DNA of 64,000 bases, from NCBI GenBank assembly GCA_964016885.1, contig OZ024760.1, positions 21,576,001 to 21,640,000 on the forward strand, read 5' to 3'. The notes beneath the pieces are model-generated. The model did no database searches, was not told where the DNA came from, and was given only the letters and a program-made list of their open reading frames with translations. The stretch is from Eledone cirrhosa. Lineage: Eukaryota. Below are positions 1 through 12,055 of this stretch, piece after piece. The position numbers and the translations under genes were made by a program. Each line of letters starts with the position of its first letter. Position 1 is the stretch's first letter.

Positions 1-170
1 ACCACCCACACCCGGATATGTCTCCGCAAACAGTAATTCTCTTCTCGAATGGGCCATGGTGCCCAAATCCTGAATTGAAAGACTTCGCCAGGTGGTGCTA
101 TTAAGTTAGACATGGCCTGGGCCAATACTGGCCAAAACATTTCAAAGTTATTCAAAGTTATTCAAAGTTA
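1..170 (+). mobile_element. CR1-like LINE 3' end, copy 1 (cut by window edge)
   Basis: Matches 947-1105; ends in a (ttcaaagtta)n tail. Confidence 0.6.
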
Positions 171-181
171 TACATATATAC

Positions 182-230
<49 letters not shown>

Positions 231-527
231 AGTCCCGGTTTCAATCGGAGGTAACCACAGTAAGTGAAGTATTCAATACATTACTAGAGTATATACAAAA
301 TTTAATATAAATATGGCTTCTACAGGACTAGAACTGTTTCATTTGAAGAAAATCATCAGGAAATCATGACTCTTTTCCTATTACCCATTGCACTACTCTA
401 AGTATTGAGTACTCTGGTGCGTTATGGTCCACCTGGTTCCTTTCCACACTTCCTTTGTTATATATATGTATATATATGTGGCTGACAGTTGAGAGAAAGA
501 ATTACTCAATACCGAAGAAGAGTTATA

Positions 528-714
528 ATATTCAATATTATGAAGGCTAAAAAGTGAGTCCTGTTATTCTGGAGTTTCACCTGTTTATCACAGGGTCATC
601 TCACAGGGTCATCAGGCAGTCCTTGTCTGATGACCCTGTGAGATAACCCTGTGATAAACAGGTGAAACTCCAGAATAACAAGACTCACTTTCTAGTCTTC
701 ATAATATTGAATAT
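528..714. repeat. ~90-bp-arm inverted repeat with a hammerhead-like motif on each strand
   Basis: + strand 622-682: cttgt CTGATGA cCCTGT..ACAGGt GAAA ctc ca gaa TA acaag; mirror copy on the - strand. Confidence 0.8.
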
Positions 715-733
715 ATATAACAAGCAAACGCCT

Positions 734-776
<43 letters not shown>

Positions 777-903
777 CTGTAGTAAAAGTTTGTAATAAAT
801 ATCCAATAGTAAGAGCACTCAGTCCATAGGATGAGTTAGAATAAATAATTACAACCGTGACATAAACAGGTACTTAGGTTTCAGTAGATTATGCACACAA
901 AAT

Positions 904-1106
904 TCAAGAAGTCTTTGGACAAATTCCTCCAAGTAATCCCGGACAAACCACCCACACCCGGATATGTCTCCGCAAACAGTAATTCTCTTCTCGAATGGGC
1001 CATGGTGCCCAAATCCTGAATTGAAAGACTTCGCCAGGTGGTGCTATTAAGTTAGACATGGCCTGGGCCAATACTGGCCAAAACATTTCAAAGTTATTCA
1101 AAGTTA
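904..1106 (+). mobile_element. CR1-like LINE 3' end, copy 2
   Basis: Translates FKKSLDKFLQVIPDKPPTPGYVSANSNSLLEW, resembling a CR1-clade ORF2 C-terminus (FK..LD.FL), then a short UTR and tandem tail. Confidence 0.6.
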
Positions 1107-1468
1107 TATATATATATACATATGTATATATATATCTAAAAGTCTAAAGCCTGTTTTGAGCCCAGAAGCTTATCAGGCTGGTGCTTATCCCGGTTTCCAT
1201 AGCATGAACAGATTGAGAGTACAAGATGTCCCCACCCTCTAGACAGGGCACCAACCATTACAGGGTTAAACCCCCAGGTATTGCCGGTACTTATTTTCAT
1301 GAAATGAAGTGTTTTGTTCAAGAACACAACACACATCTCAGTCCAGGAATTGAACCTATGGCATAATCATAAGTCCAACACCTTCACCACTAGGCTACAC
1401 ACGCACACACACACACACATATATATATATATTTGTTTGTCATTTCCTTCAAATATCTTATATTTATC

Positions 1469-1510
<42 letters not shown>

Positions 1511-1551
1511 CGATATTAAACAAATGGAAACTATATTTATAAAACCATATT

Positions 1552-1617
1552 TATTTCATTATACATATTTCGGGGATACCATATTAAAAATATGGCATGC
1601 CTTCGTCAGATAAAATA
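1552..1617 (-). ncRNA. type I hammerhead ribozyme motif (family A)
   Basis: tattttat CTGACGA [hairpin] GAAA t atgt ATA atgaaata; left arm of inverted repeat 1509-1631/1798-1920. Confidence 0.7.
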
Positions 1618-1811
1618 CAATATATAAACAGTCTATGCGAGCAAGACAACCACTCTTGCCTCAAGTGGGAAAACTCCCGTCCAAACCCATGCAAGCATGG
1701 AACACGGACGTTAAACGATGATGATGATGATGATGATGAAACAGTTTTATAAATAATTTTGACGTACCATAAATATGAGTGACCATTAGGTAGGAAGCTG
1801 TTTATATATTG

Positions 1812-1877
1812 TATTTTATCTGACGAAGGCATGCCATATTTTTAATATGGTATCCCCGAAATATGTATAATGAAATA
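1812..1877 (+). ncRNA. type I hammerhead ribozyme motif (family A)
   Basis: tattttat CTGACGA aggcatgccatatt..aatatggtatcccc GAAA t atgt ATA atgaaata; 8-bp stem I. Confidence 0.72.
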
Positions 1878-2354
1878 AATCTGGTTTTATAAATATAGTT
1901 TCCATTTGTTTAATATCGTATATCTACTCCAAAAACTTGTCGAGTGCTTTATATCAGTTATAAAATATTTACTTGTTGTAACCCAACAATTTTAAATAAA
2001 ACTTTTGCATATATATATATATATATATATTTGTGTGTGTGGATAAATATAAGATATTTGAAGGAAATGACAAACACACACACACACACACACCAAAAAT
2101 AATAATAAAAAAAAAACAAAACAAAAAGAACATAAAAGAAAATTAAGACAAAAAAAAAAAGGATTTAAGAAATGAAAGATTCTATTGAAATATTCTACAT
2201 GAAGTAAAATTGGGAAATTGAGTTGGAAAGAGATGGAGTGTGAAGGAAGATGGTGTGGACAGGTAATGGTTAGGGTTTTGTTAAGCTAGGAGTGGCTAGG
2301 GTCGTCTTGATGTGAGGAGAGGTATTGGATGTAGTCTTCTGTTAAGCTATGCAT

Positions 2355-2443
<89 letters not shown>

Positions 2444-2634
2444 AATATATATAAATATATATATAAATATATATATATATATAAATATATATAAATATAT
2501 ATATAAATATATATATATATAAATATATATATATATAAATATATATATATAAATAAATATATATAAATAAATATATATATATATAAATATATATATATAT
2601 AAATATATATATATATAAATATATATATATATAA

Positions 2635-2675
<41 letters not shown>

Positions 2676-2716
2676 TATAAATATATATATAAATATATAA
2701 ATATATATATAAATAT

Positions 2717-2747
<31 letters not shown>

Positions 2748-2748
2748 A

Positions 2749-2783
<35 letters not shown>

Positions 2784-2844
2784 AATATATATATAAATAA
2801 ATATATATATATATACATATATATATAAATATATATATATATAC

Positions 2845-2877
<33 letters not shown>

Positions 2878-2878
2878 C

Positions 2879-2911
<33 letters not shown>

Positions 2912-2912
2912 C

Positions 2913-2947
<35 letters not shown>

Positions 2948-2978
2948 CATATATATATAAATATATATATATATATAC

Positions 2979-3009
<31 letters not shown>

Positions 3010-3065
3010 ACTGCCATGACTGAATTATAACCATCAACATAGTCAAGGTATGTCAGGCATCAACT

Positions 3066-3131
3066 TATTTTATCTGATGAGGACGTACTGTTGAAATAGC
3101 TCAGGACCTCTGAAATATGTATAATAAAATA
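3066..3131 (+). ncRNA. type I hammerhead ribozyme motif (family A)
   Basis: tattttat CTGATGA ggacgtactg..caggacctct GAAA t atgt ATA ataaaata; perfect 8-bp stem I. Confidence 0.72.
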
Positions 3132-3294
3132 TATTTGATCACATGAATGTCTATATTTATTAATATTTTGAAGTAATATATAAATATGTGTGTGTGTGTA
3201 TGTATGTGTGTGTCTGTGTGTGTCTGAGAGAGAGAGAGAGACTATTTTCATTTATATTCTGTCACAGTTATTACTTTTAGAGACATCCTCTTAC

Positions 3295-3405
3295 CACTTC
3301 TCCCATTTTGTTTTTGGCATATTCAATCCGTATTCCTCCCCTGTCTGATGACAACAGCACAAAGCCATGTAGTCGGTTCATGGCCTCAGTCGCTTGTCTC
3401 ACATC
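3295..3405 (-). CDS. cpo: cpo-like exon E (end of RRM2)
   Basis: tgtgtag|GAT...GAA GTG|gtaaga. 111 nt, DVRQATEAMNRLHGFVLLSSDRGGIRIEYAKNKMGEV. Read-through gives VRGCL-stop (TAA 3279-3277). Confidence 0.92.
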
Positions 3406-3782
3406 CTACACAAACAAATACAGCAGAAAAGAAAAAAAAGAAGAACAAAAGATTACTTGAATGAATCACAGAAAGAAAATGGTGGAAATATAGTCATGAA
3501 AAATTATATGTGAATATGAAATGCTGTGTGTGGGTACACACACACAAACAAACACACATATATATTATTTATCTATTTATTTATTCAATTTAAACGTCCA
3601 TATAGAGCTAGTAAGCCCTAGCACACTAGGGAGGGAAGTATATATATATATGTACAATTTGATTATTATTTTATTAATTTGATTTATATATATATATATA
3701 AGCAAAGAGATATTTAATTTGTTGGTAATTCAAGAAATATATTTATTACAGATTCGAAGCACTCGACAAGTTTTCTGGAGTA

Positions 3783-3927
3783 TAATAATGATATTAATAA
3801 ATGGAAACTATATTTATAAAACCATATTTATTCTATTATATATATTTCAAGGGTACCGTTGAAATATATATAATAGAATAAATATGGTTTTACAAATATA
3901 GTTTCCATTTATTAATATCATCGTTAT
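3783..3927. repeat. palindrome of family-A 3' halves
   Basis: Inverted repeat centred on caagggtaccgttg; same sequence as 1510-1575 and 3941-4012. Confidence 0.75.
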
Positions 3928-3984
3928 ATATATATAGATACAATGATATTAAATAAATGGAAACTATATTTATAAAACGATATT

Positions 3985-4046
3985 TATTCTATTATATATA
4001 TTTCAAGGGTACCAAACATTTTGGTACGCTATCATCAGATAAAATA
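3985..4046 (-). ncRNA. type I hammerhead ribozyme motif (family A)
   Basis: tattttat CTGATGA tagcgtaccaaa atg tttggtaccctt GAAA t atat ATA atagaata. Confidence 0.68.
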
Positions 4047-4163
4047 CGAAGTGTGTTTTATAAATTTTGACATAACCAAGGATAATATACCTTATTGAGT
4101 GCTCTGAATTAGTTATAAACATTTATATTTGTTGAATTACCAACAAATTGAATATCCCTTCTG

Positions 4164-4201
<38 letters not shown>

Positions 4202-4235
4202 TTACAGTAATCAAAGTTCAGTTTAAGTCATTTAT

Positions 4236-4284
4236 TTGCTTACAATTGTTTCCTCCAAACCGAGGTTTGGATTCTTCGGAGCAA
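4236..4284 (-). ncRNA. type I hammerhead motif, U4C core variant
   Basis: ttgct CCGAAGA a tccaaac ctcg gtttgga g GAAA c aatt GTA agcaa; 5-bp stem I, 7-bp stem II, palindromic CAATTG stem/loop III. Confidence 0.7.
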
Positions 4285-4399
4285 CTATTTATAACATACT
4301 TGACCTCCTTTTCAACCCAAGAGACACATAAAACATATGCGCATATTGATCAAATATATATATATATATATACTTTGCTATGTACGTGTAATTTCAAGA

Positions 4400-4640
4400 T
4401 CTTTTTATGTATGTACAATTGAAGAAATGGTCTAATGCCATTGGTGCTGCCGGCACGTCGATTTCGGGTGAGTTCGACATTACCACAGCGATGTCGTCGT
4501 CATATGCCGACACAGCCTTCCCACATCTCGGTTCAAGCTTGATGTTGTGTAACAGCTACAACTTCCACAGTAAAGGTTCCAGCGTCAATACGTACAGAAG
4601 AGAGGAGACAGCGCACCCTTAAAGGAAGTCGGGACCGAAG
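4400..4640 (-). mobile_element. degenerate L1/Tx1-like reverse transcriptase fragment
   Basis: Minus strand encodes GCAVSSLLYVLTLEPLL (QGCPLSPLLY-type motif) and AVSAYDDDIAVVM (YADD-type motif). Confidence 0.7.
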
Positions 4641-6695
4641 TCAGCTAACTTAACCTTGTACCGACTAAAAGCATCTTGTACCGACGCTCTACTGATTCTG
4701 CCACTAATAACAATAATTTGCCTAAGGTTGACAGTCGGCATCATTTATGAAAGAAGCTGACACGAAGACATGACATCGAGCAAACATGTTTACGTTTGAA
4801 GTTCTAAGTTTGTCAAGGGAGATCACTCTAAAGGAAAGTTTAGACAAGGGAGATAACTAACAATAACTTTTTTTTTGTTTTGTTTAGTATATTTGTAAAC
4901 AATCGAATTTAATAACCGCTATCTTGTTATATATCTATAATTAAAGTGTGTAGATAAATGTGTGTATATGTAAGCATTAATATTAACAACCTATAGCCAA
5001 TGATATATGGCTGGGAAATGTGGCAGACGCGTTGTCCCGTCGGAGATGTTGGAGAAAGAGTTAACTCGGAGGATAGCTAAGGTGATGCGCGTTGAAACAG
5101 CAATTCCAACTTTAAGTCGGACATATATATTTTAAGTAAATAATATATATATAACATTACAAATTCCCTCACAATTCTTTCAGAATAACATTACAAATAT
5201 AATGTCGTTGAATAACATTACAAATATAATGTCGTTTACAAATGTAAACACACACAACAAATACAAAGGGGCTTCAAAAATTTCGGGGGAAAAGGACAGT
5301 TGGAAAAAATGGTATAAGTTGTAATATTCATTTTTCAACCTATGCTCCATCTATGTCAATACACTCCTACAAGCGTTTATACCAGCCTTTAAGTCCATCT
5401 GTGTAAAACTGATGGCCGTGTTATTTAAAGCATGTCAAAGCAGCTTTTTTTTTTACATCTTCAACCTCATGTCTTTCACTTCTAAAATGACTTATCCATT
5501 TGTAGGTTGTTGATTCATTCGGGGCATTCTCTCCGTAAACTTGCTCCAGGGCGTCTTCCACCCTAGCTTAACAATGAATTTGGTGTTTTGATGGAAGCCA
5601 TGTTGCTCAAGCTGGGACTGACTTCCGACTGGCAACGTCGCGTTTGCAACAGGCATTTTAGTGTTTATGTTAGAACATGTTATGACACGTTAGAACGAGA
5701 AGGTACGGATAGATGCATTGAGATCAAAATCCCTTCATATGACGTTTAACTATGTACTTTTACCACAAAGTTTTTGAAGTCCCCTCATACAACCTACCAT
5801 CGCCAGGAACCTCACAAAAGCGGTGCACCAAAAACACATGACCAGAGCAAGAGAAAGAAAAAGAAAGAAAGAAAAATGGAGGGGGACGACGACGACGATG
5901 ACGAAAACAACCATCAATTCACCACCGAGTGCGATAATCCGTCGCACATCATAAGAGTCTACGGAGAACTTTGAGGCAAGCCAACACACTCGCAACACTA
6001 ATACGTGGTGCTTATTTCTACTGGGAAGGAGGTTGGGGAGGGGGGGGGGGGCAACTCCACATCCGAGGACAACGAGAATGGTGGTGGTGCAGGGCTCTGA
6101 AACGTCAGAAGTCCATTATAGGTTCAGCTAAAAGGAAAAAAATCTTTTGGAAAGTGACCGATACTTTAAAAGATTGTGATCTGCAGTTTGTCAGGCAATG
6201 AAACTCAGGAAGGTGGGAGGGGGTCCCGTTGAATTCATAGGGTTGCTGCTGGAGAAAGTCTCGCTGCACATCACCTCCTGTCGCATTCCAGGTAACTGTT
6301 GGTACTTATTCCAAACTGCTACTTATTTTATCAATCTTCTTTTGCTACACCGCTAAGTTACGGGACGTAAAAAGTAAACATAGATACGGACTGACACGCA
6401 CAAACACATACACGCTCACACATATATATATATACATACATAGATACATATACGTATATACATACACACTCACACATACATGCATACATACATTCACACA
6501 CACATACATACGTACATACATAATACATACATGCATGTATACATACAAACATGCATACACACATACATACATACGTACATAATACATACATGCATGTATA
6601 CATACATGCATGTATACATACATGCATGTATACATACATACATGCATACTCACATACATACATACATAATACATACATGCATGTATACATACATA

Positions 6696-7100
6696 CATGG
6701 TGGCTGCCAACTCGTTTTCGAGTACGGCCACTACTTTATATCCATGTAGGAGAACCCCTACCAATGCGCTGAACGAGTGTGACTTTTTAGTCCAGCCAGC
6801 GACTTGAAAACTCTGGTACAAACACTACACTTGTGACAATTATTGACACATAGTGCTGGGCCCATGGTACCATGTGAGGACAAGTCCAGAGAGATCTCCA
6901 GATATAAAGCAATGCCTGTGCCGTGAAGCTTTTATAGTGAGCAAAGGCACTGCACAAAGCCAGTCCCACTCTCTTAACCAAGATGATATTTACCAAAAAG
7001 AAGAACAAGTCAACATCATTGGATACCATCAGGGTTGCAGGTGTTATATCAGAGTTTTCCTTCTCCTAGAATTCTGCCTTGACAAAGGCTAAGGGGTCAT
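6696..7100. repeat. interspersed repeat, near-identical to 60371-60777
   Basis: Direct sequence match over ~400 bp; both copies flanked by TACA/TA microsatellite. Confidence 0.85.
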
Positions 7101-7423
7101 ACATACATACATACATACATACACATTCAACCAGCACCATTACAAAACCAGCAACAACCAGAGGTATAAAAAAAAAAGATGAAATTAGTTCAACCTTTTA
7201 GCATTTAAACTGGCTGTATCTGGCCAAAGTTCTTTCACCTATTTCTGTTCAAACCAGCCACAACCAGCCACTTATAACAACATTAAGGTATTGTTCTCAA
7301 AATAAATATCAAAATCTCATAGATTCTATATTATGTGAGGTAAAGCCTTTACCATGGAAATACAATAGTAAATATAGAATAATGTAAATGCTAAAGGGTT
7401 AAGAAGAGGTGTTAAAATCCTAC

Positions 7424-7493
7424 CTGGTACTCAACAAACGCTACTGGGGAGCCACCTTTGTTGTGCATCCGTAATCGACAAAACCCTGGGAAG
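7424..7493 (-). CDS. cpo: cpo-like exon D (RRM2 RNP1)
   Basis: tttcag|C TTC CCA...TAC CAG|gtagga. 70 nt, (S)FPGFCRLRMHNKGGSPVAFVEYQ; completes the phase-2 codon of exon C. Too short for the ORF track. Confidence 0.93.
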
Positions 7494-7609
7494 CTGAAAT
7501 TGATAGATAAAATTTTAGTAGGATAAAATACAGATACAGATTGTGATACAGGACACACAGAATATTATTTACCAAGAGTACATTTTAAAATAAAACAATA
7601 ATAATAATA

Positions 7610-7797
7610 ATTGTTTCTACTTTAGGCACAAGGCTAGCAATTACATCAGTGCATTACTGGTACTTTATTTTATCAACCCTGTAAGGATGAAAGGCAAAGT
7701 TAACTTTGGCGGGATTTGAACTCAGACCATAAAGGGCCATAACTCTATACTGCAAAGCATGATGTCTGACGCTCTACCGACTGCCAATCCACCGCCC

Positions 7798-7830
<33 letters not shown>

Positions 7831-8490
7831 CATAATGATAATAATAATAATATTGTTATATTTGGGGAGGGTCATGTTGTCTTAGTATTGCCAAAAATAA
7901 TAATAAAACACACCCGCTGTTTGGTTTGGTTTTCACTTCACTATAACTTTATATTTCTATAAATAATTTAGCTGGCAATCAATATTTATCATTGATTGAC
8001 CAACAGTTAAAAATATAAATATTATTTCTCAAAATTCTTTTGTCACACATTTTTCTGTGACATCTTCAGTGGTTTCCTCCCATTGTGTTTCTATAATAAT
8101 AATTGCTTCTACATTTTGCACAAGGCCAGCAATTTGAAGGGAAAGGAGAACATTGTTTAAATTGACACCAGTGTGTTACTGTTGCTTTTTTTTTTATTGA
8201 CTCCTGTAAGGATGAATGGCAAAGCTAACCTTAGCAGGATTTGAATTCAGAATGTAAAGGGTTGTAACTACATGCCACAAAATGTTGTCTGATGCTCCAT
8301 CGAGACTACCAATCCACCACCCTAAGCAATAATATTAATTCTAATTCTAATAATTCTTCATAATATTGATATAAAACTTGCATCATAGGAGGTGAGGAAC
8401 ATTGATTACATCAAGCCCAGTACGTGACTGGTACTTTATTTTATCAACTTTCAAACAATGAAAGGTGAAGTTGACTTCAACATGATTTAG
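7610..8490 (-). mobile_element. three copies of the tRNA-derived SINE
   Basis: Conserved body ggcacaaggccagcaatt..actggtactttattttatcgacccc..aaggatgaaaggcaaag..gatttgaactcag; B box GAGTTCAAATCC on the - strand. Confidence 0.85.
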
Positions 8491-8739
8491 ACATGAATGC
8501 ATGGGTTTGATGGGTTGTCACGTGCTGCCTCTGTTTTGGCTTGGTTTTTAAGGTTGAATGCTCTTCTTAATGCTAACCACTTTACAGGACCAGAACATAT
8601 CAAATATATATTCTTCAAGAAATATTTCAACAGAAATGAGAAAATAATGAGAAATAACAGGCTAAAAGTTAAAAGTTAATACCAGTTTCAGTAAGTTGGT
8701 AAAAATTCCAACTATATATTTATCTCCATTGTTGCTCAA

Positions 8740-9030
8740 CTACATTTGCTAAAAGGTGGGTGAATATGGTGAGAATGGTCCACGAGAATGGGCCTTGGTT
8801 AATTTAAGGAGGAGAGGGGTTCCCTTGCTCTCAAAGCATCGGGTAGTTTAGGATGGGTGGGGTACCTGAATCGCCCCTGGGTGGTTATCCCTCCCTATTC
8901 AGGAATTTTTATTGTTATTTTGTTATTGTTATTTATATATTTTACACATAGTAAACCCCTGACTGTCCCTGTCTATTGTATTGTCCCCTATATGTAGGCC
9001 ATTGTGGCCAATAAAGAAATTATTATTATT
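8740..9030 (+). mobile_element. LINE 3' end (Tx1-like?) with (ATT)n tail
   Basis: TFAKRWVNMVRM resembles FVERWVREARM at 10058; ends in ...tgtggccaataaagaaattattatt. Confidence 0.5.
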
Positions 9031-9049
9031 ACTTTGAAATATCACTCAT

Positions 9050-9350
9050 TGTTGTTATTTAACTGGAAAGTTTGTCCAAATGAACATGAAGCCGCAACTT
9101 CAGATATTCTGGACATATCAGAGGATTCTTGCTGGTCCCATTAGGCATACCTTCTGGAGTGTTCCAAAAAAGGGTGCTGGGTTAATATTCTTTAACCAGC
9201 CTTGGAAACCCTTCAAGAGAGTACCTAGTGTTCCTATAACAATAGGGACAACCTTAATCTCATGAAATTTCCAAATCCTTTTCAGTTCCCACTTTAAATC
9301 CTGGTACTTATTAATTTTCTACTTCTCCTTTTCTTGCACTCTTGATTCTA
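9050..9350 (-). mobile_element. R4/Dong-like retrotransposon 3' fragment
   Basis: Minus strand: KYQDLKWELKRIWKFHEIKVVPIVIGTLGT; homologous to 58755-58985. Confidence 0.75.
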
Positions 9351-9416
9351 AGTATTGTCATTATTAAATATTGTCTTCCGTCTAACCCATGCTAGCGTGG
9401 AAGATAGACGTTAAAC

Positions 9417-9447
<31 letters not shown>

Positions 9448-9830
9448 TCTTCATCATTGAACAGTGCTGATGTTAACTACAGGTAATTTTCTTCTTACCA
9501 TCAGACTTCATCTTGGATCTTAAGATGATAAGATTTGCTTTTAACTATTCTCGGTGGTATTCATTACTTTTCTAATTATTCAAATCCCGTCGAGGTTAAC
9601 TTTGCCTTTCATCCTTACGGGGTCGATAAAATAAAGTACCAGTAATACACTGGGTAATTGCTGGCCTTGTGCCTAACGTAGAAACAATTACTTTTCTAAT
9701 TATTCTGGCAGAGCCAAGTAGGCAGGCTTTTCTACAGGTTCTATACCAACATCAAATCCAATTTGTTGCAAATTTTTTGTAAGACTGTCTGTTACACATC
9801 CCAGGGCTCCAATTATTATTATTATTATCA

Positions 9831-10390
9831 TTTTAATGGGCTTTCTCCACAAATGTCCCTCAGAAGTCTCCCCCCCTATTGGGGAATTTTTCATTGTTAT
9901 TTTTATTACATCCTCTGTTTTTTTACACGCAGAAATGCCCATTTGTACCGTCCTCTATTGTCCTGTACTGTCCTTAATGTCGACTTTATGTAAACCCTTG
10001 TGGTTAATAAAGAAAGCATTATTATTATCATTATTATTATCATCAGTTCCCAGCTTTTTGTTGAAAGATGGGTGAGAGAGGCAAGAATGGCCCGAGTGAG
10101 TGGGCCTACTCTGAGTATGTGCCTGTAAATTGAAGGTGGAAAACTGGGAGAGGACAATTGCCCTGGTGGTCAGGGTCACCATGGATTTTTTTTTAATGGG
10201 CTTTCTCCACGATGGCCCTCGAAAGTCTCCCCCCTATTGGGGAATTTTTCATTCTTCTTTTATTACATCCTCTGTTTTTTTTTTGTTTTTTTTTACACGC
10301 AGAAATGCCCATTTGTACCGTCCTGTGTTGTCCTGTACTGTCCTTAATGTCTACTTTGTGTAAACCCTTGTGGTTAATAAAGAAATCATT

Positions 10391-10400
<10 letters not shown>
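9831..10400 (+). mobile_element. two tandem LINE 3' ends with (ATT)n tails
   Basis: 9831-10020 matches 10192-10390, with a reverse copy at 53280-53420; the second is preceded by FVERWVREARMARVSGPTLSMCL-stop. Confidence 0.65.
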
Positions 10401-10421
<21 letters not shown>

Positions 10422-10564
10422 TCATTATTGTTTTTGTTGTTGTAGATTTTCTTTTCATTTACTTTTCTAATTTTTTTTTCAAAGTGAAACAGTAAAGCTT
10501 GTAGAAAATATAAAACATAAGTCTACATACAAACATGCATATATATACATGAATCCATGTATAA

Positions 10565-10605
<41 letters not shown>

Positions 10606-10942
10606 AAGTACTCAAATGTATATTTACGTTAAGAAAGCATATCTAGGCAAACACATAGTCATACATGTGAATTTACAAAAGCATAAATACACAGACACTA
10701 ACAGTTTTGATAGCATATTTATATATACATACACACACACATGTATATATATATATATATATATATTATATACATATATATACACATACATATATATGCA
10801 CATATAAATATATACACACACACATGTATATATATATATATATTATATACATATATATACACATACATATACATATATATGCACATATAAATATATACAC
10901 ACACACATATATATATACAGGCTGAGAAAACAGAATGTACAG

Positions 10943-10984
<42 letters not shown>

Positions 10985-11710
10985 ACATGCTTACAGTTGC
11001 AGAATTAGATTGTATGATATTATATACACTGCATATACATACATGAAATGCAATACAAAACCAATAATGAATATATATACACACATAGACATAAGAACTA
11101 TATACCTGCAAACATAAATGTGTACACAAATATACTCTCATATATACATCTGTGTGTATGGCTTGTATGTGTGTGTGTATCCATATATGTATATGTCTGT
11201 GTATGTTTATGTGTATAAATGTGTGTGTGTATGTCTATGGTTTGCAAATTTGTGTGTCTCTGTATGTGTGTGTGTATGTGGATGGTTTGCATGTTTGTGT
11301 GCCTGTGTATGTGTGAGTGCATGGTTTACATGTACGTGTGTTTATGTGTGTGTGTGTATCCCTGAGTGAATGTATGTGTATCCATGTGTGTGTGTATGTG
11401 TATCTAAGTGTGTGTGTATGCATGTGTGTGTATCCATGTGTGAATGTATGTGTATGCATGTGTGTGTCTGTGAGTGTGTGTGTATCTGTGTGTGGTATAT
11501 ATGTGTGAGTACTTTACCACATGCATTTTCGTGCATCCTATGACATCTCTTTATGCCCCTTGTAACATAAAATCAGGGTGGCCATCAGGAAGGGTATCCA
11601 GTCACCCCCTACCCTCACCCCACCCCAAAAACTGCCCCAGAGGATTCTTGTCCAACTTATGCTAGCATGTAAAAGTGATGATGATGATGATATATATATA
11701 CATACATATA

Positions 11711-11776
<66 letters not shown>

Positions 11777-11845
11777 CATACACATATATATATATACATA
11801 CACACATATATATATACATACACACATATATATATACATACACAC

Positions 11846-11911
<66 letters not shown>

Positions 11912-12022
11912 GTAGTCCTGTAGAAGCCAATTCTATATTAAACTTGATGTTTCATTCTACTATTGTATTGGGTACCTTACTAACTGTAGTTACCCCCGAT
12001 TGAACCCAGGACTCGCATTTAC

Positions 12023-12055
<33 letters not shown>

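Noticed and set aside
320-362. CTGATGA..GAAACAGTTCTAGTC on the minus strand (also 36740-36780)
   Set aside because: Hammerhead-like core present, but I could not pair stems I and III convincingly; at best degenerate.
3010-3112. tttcag acceptor at ~3110 as a terminal exon (RS-stop)
   Set aside because: Lies within a family-A repeat element; no supporting evidence.
3345-3351. CTGATGA within exon E
   Set aside because: Antisense of Ser-Ser-Asp codons, with no accompanying stems or GAAA.
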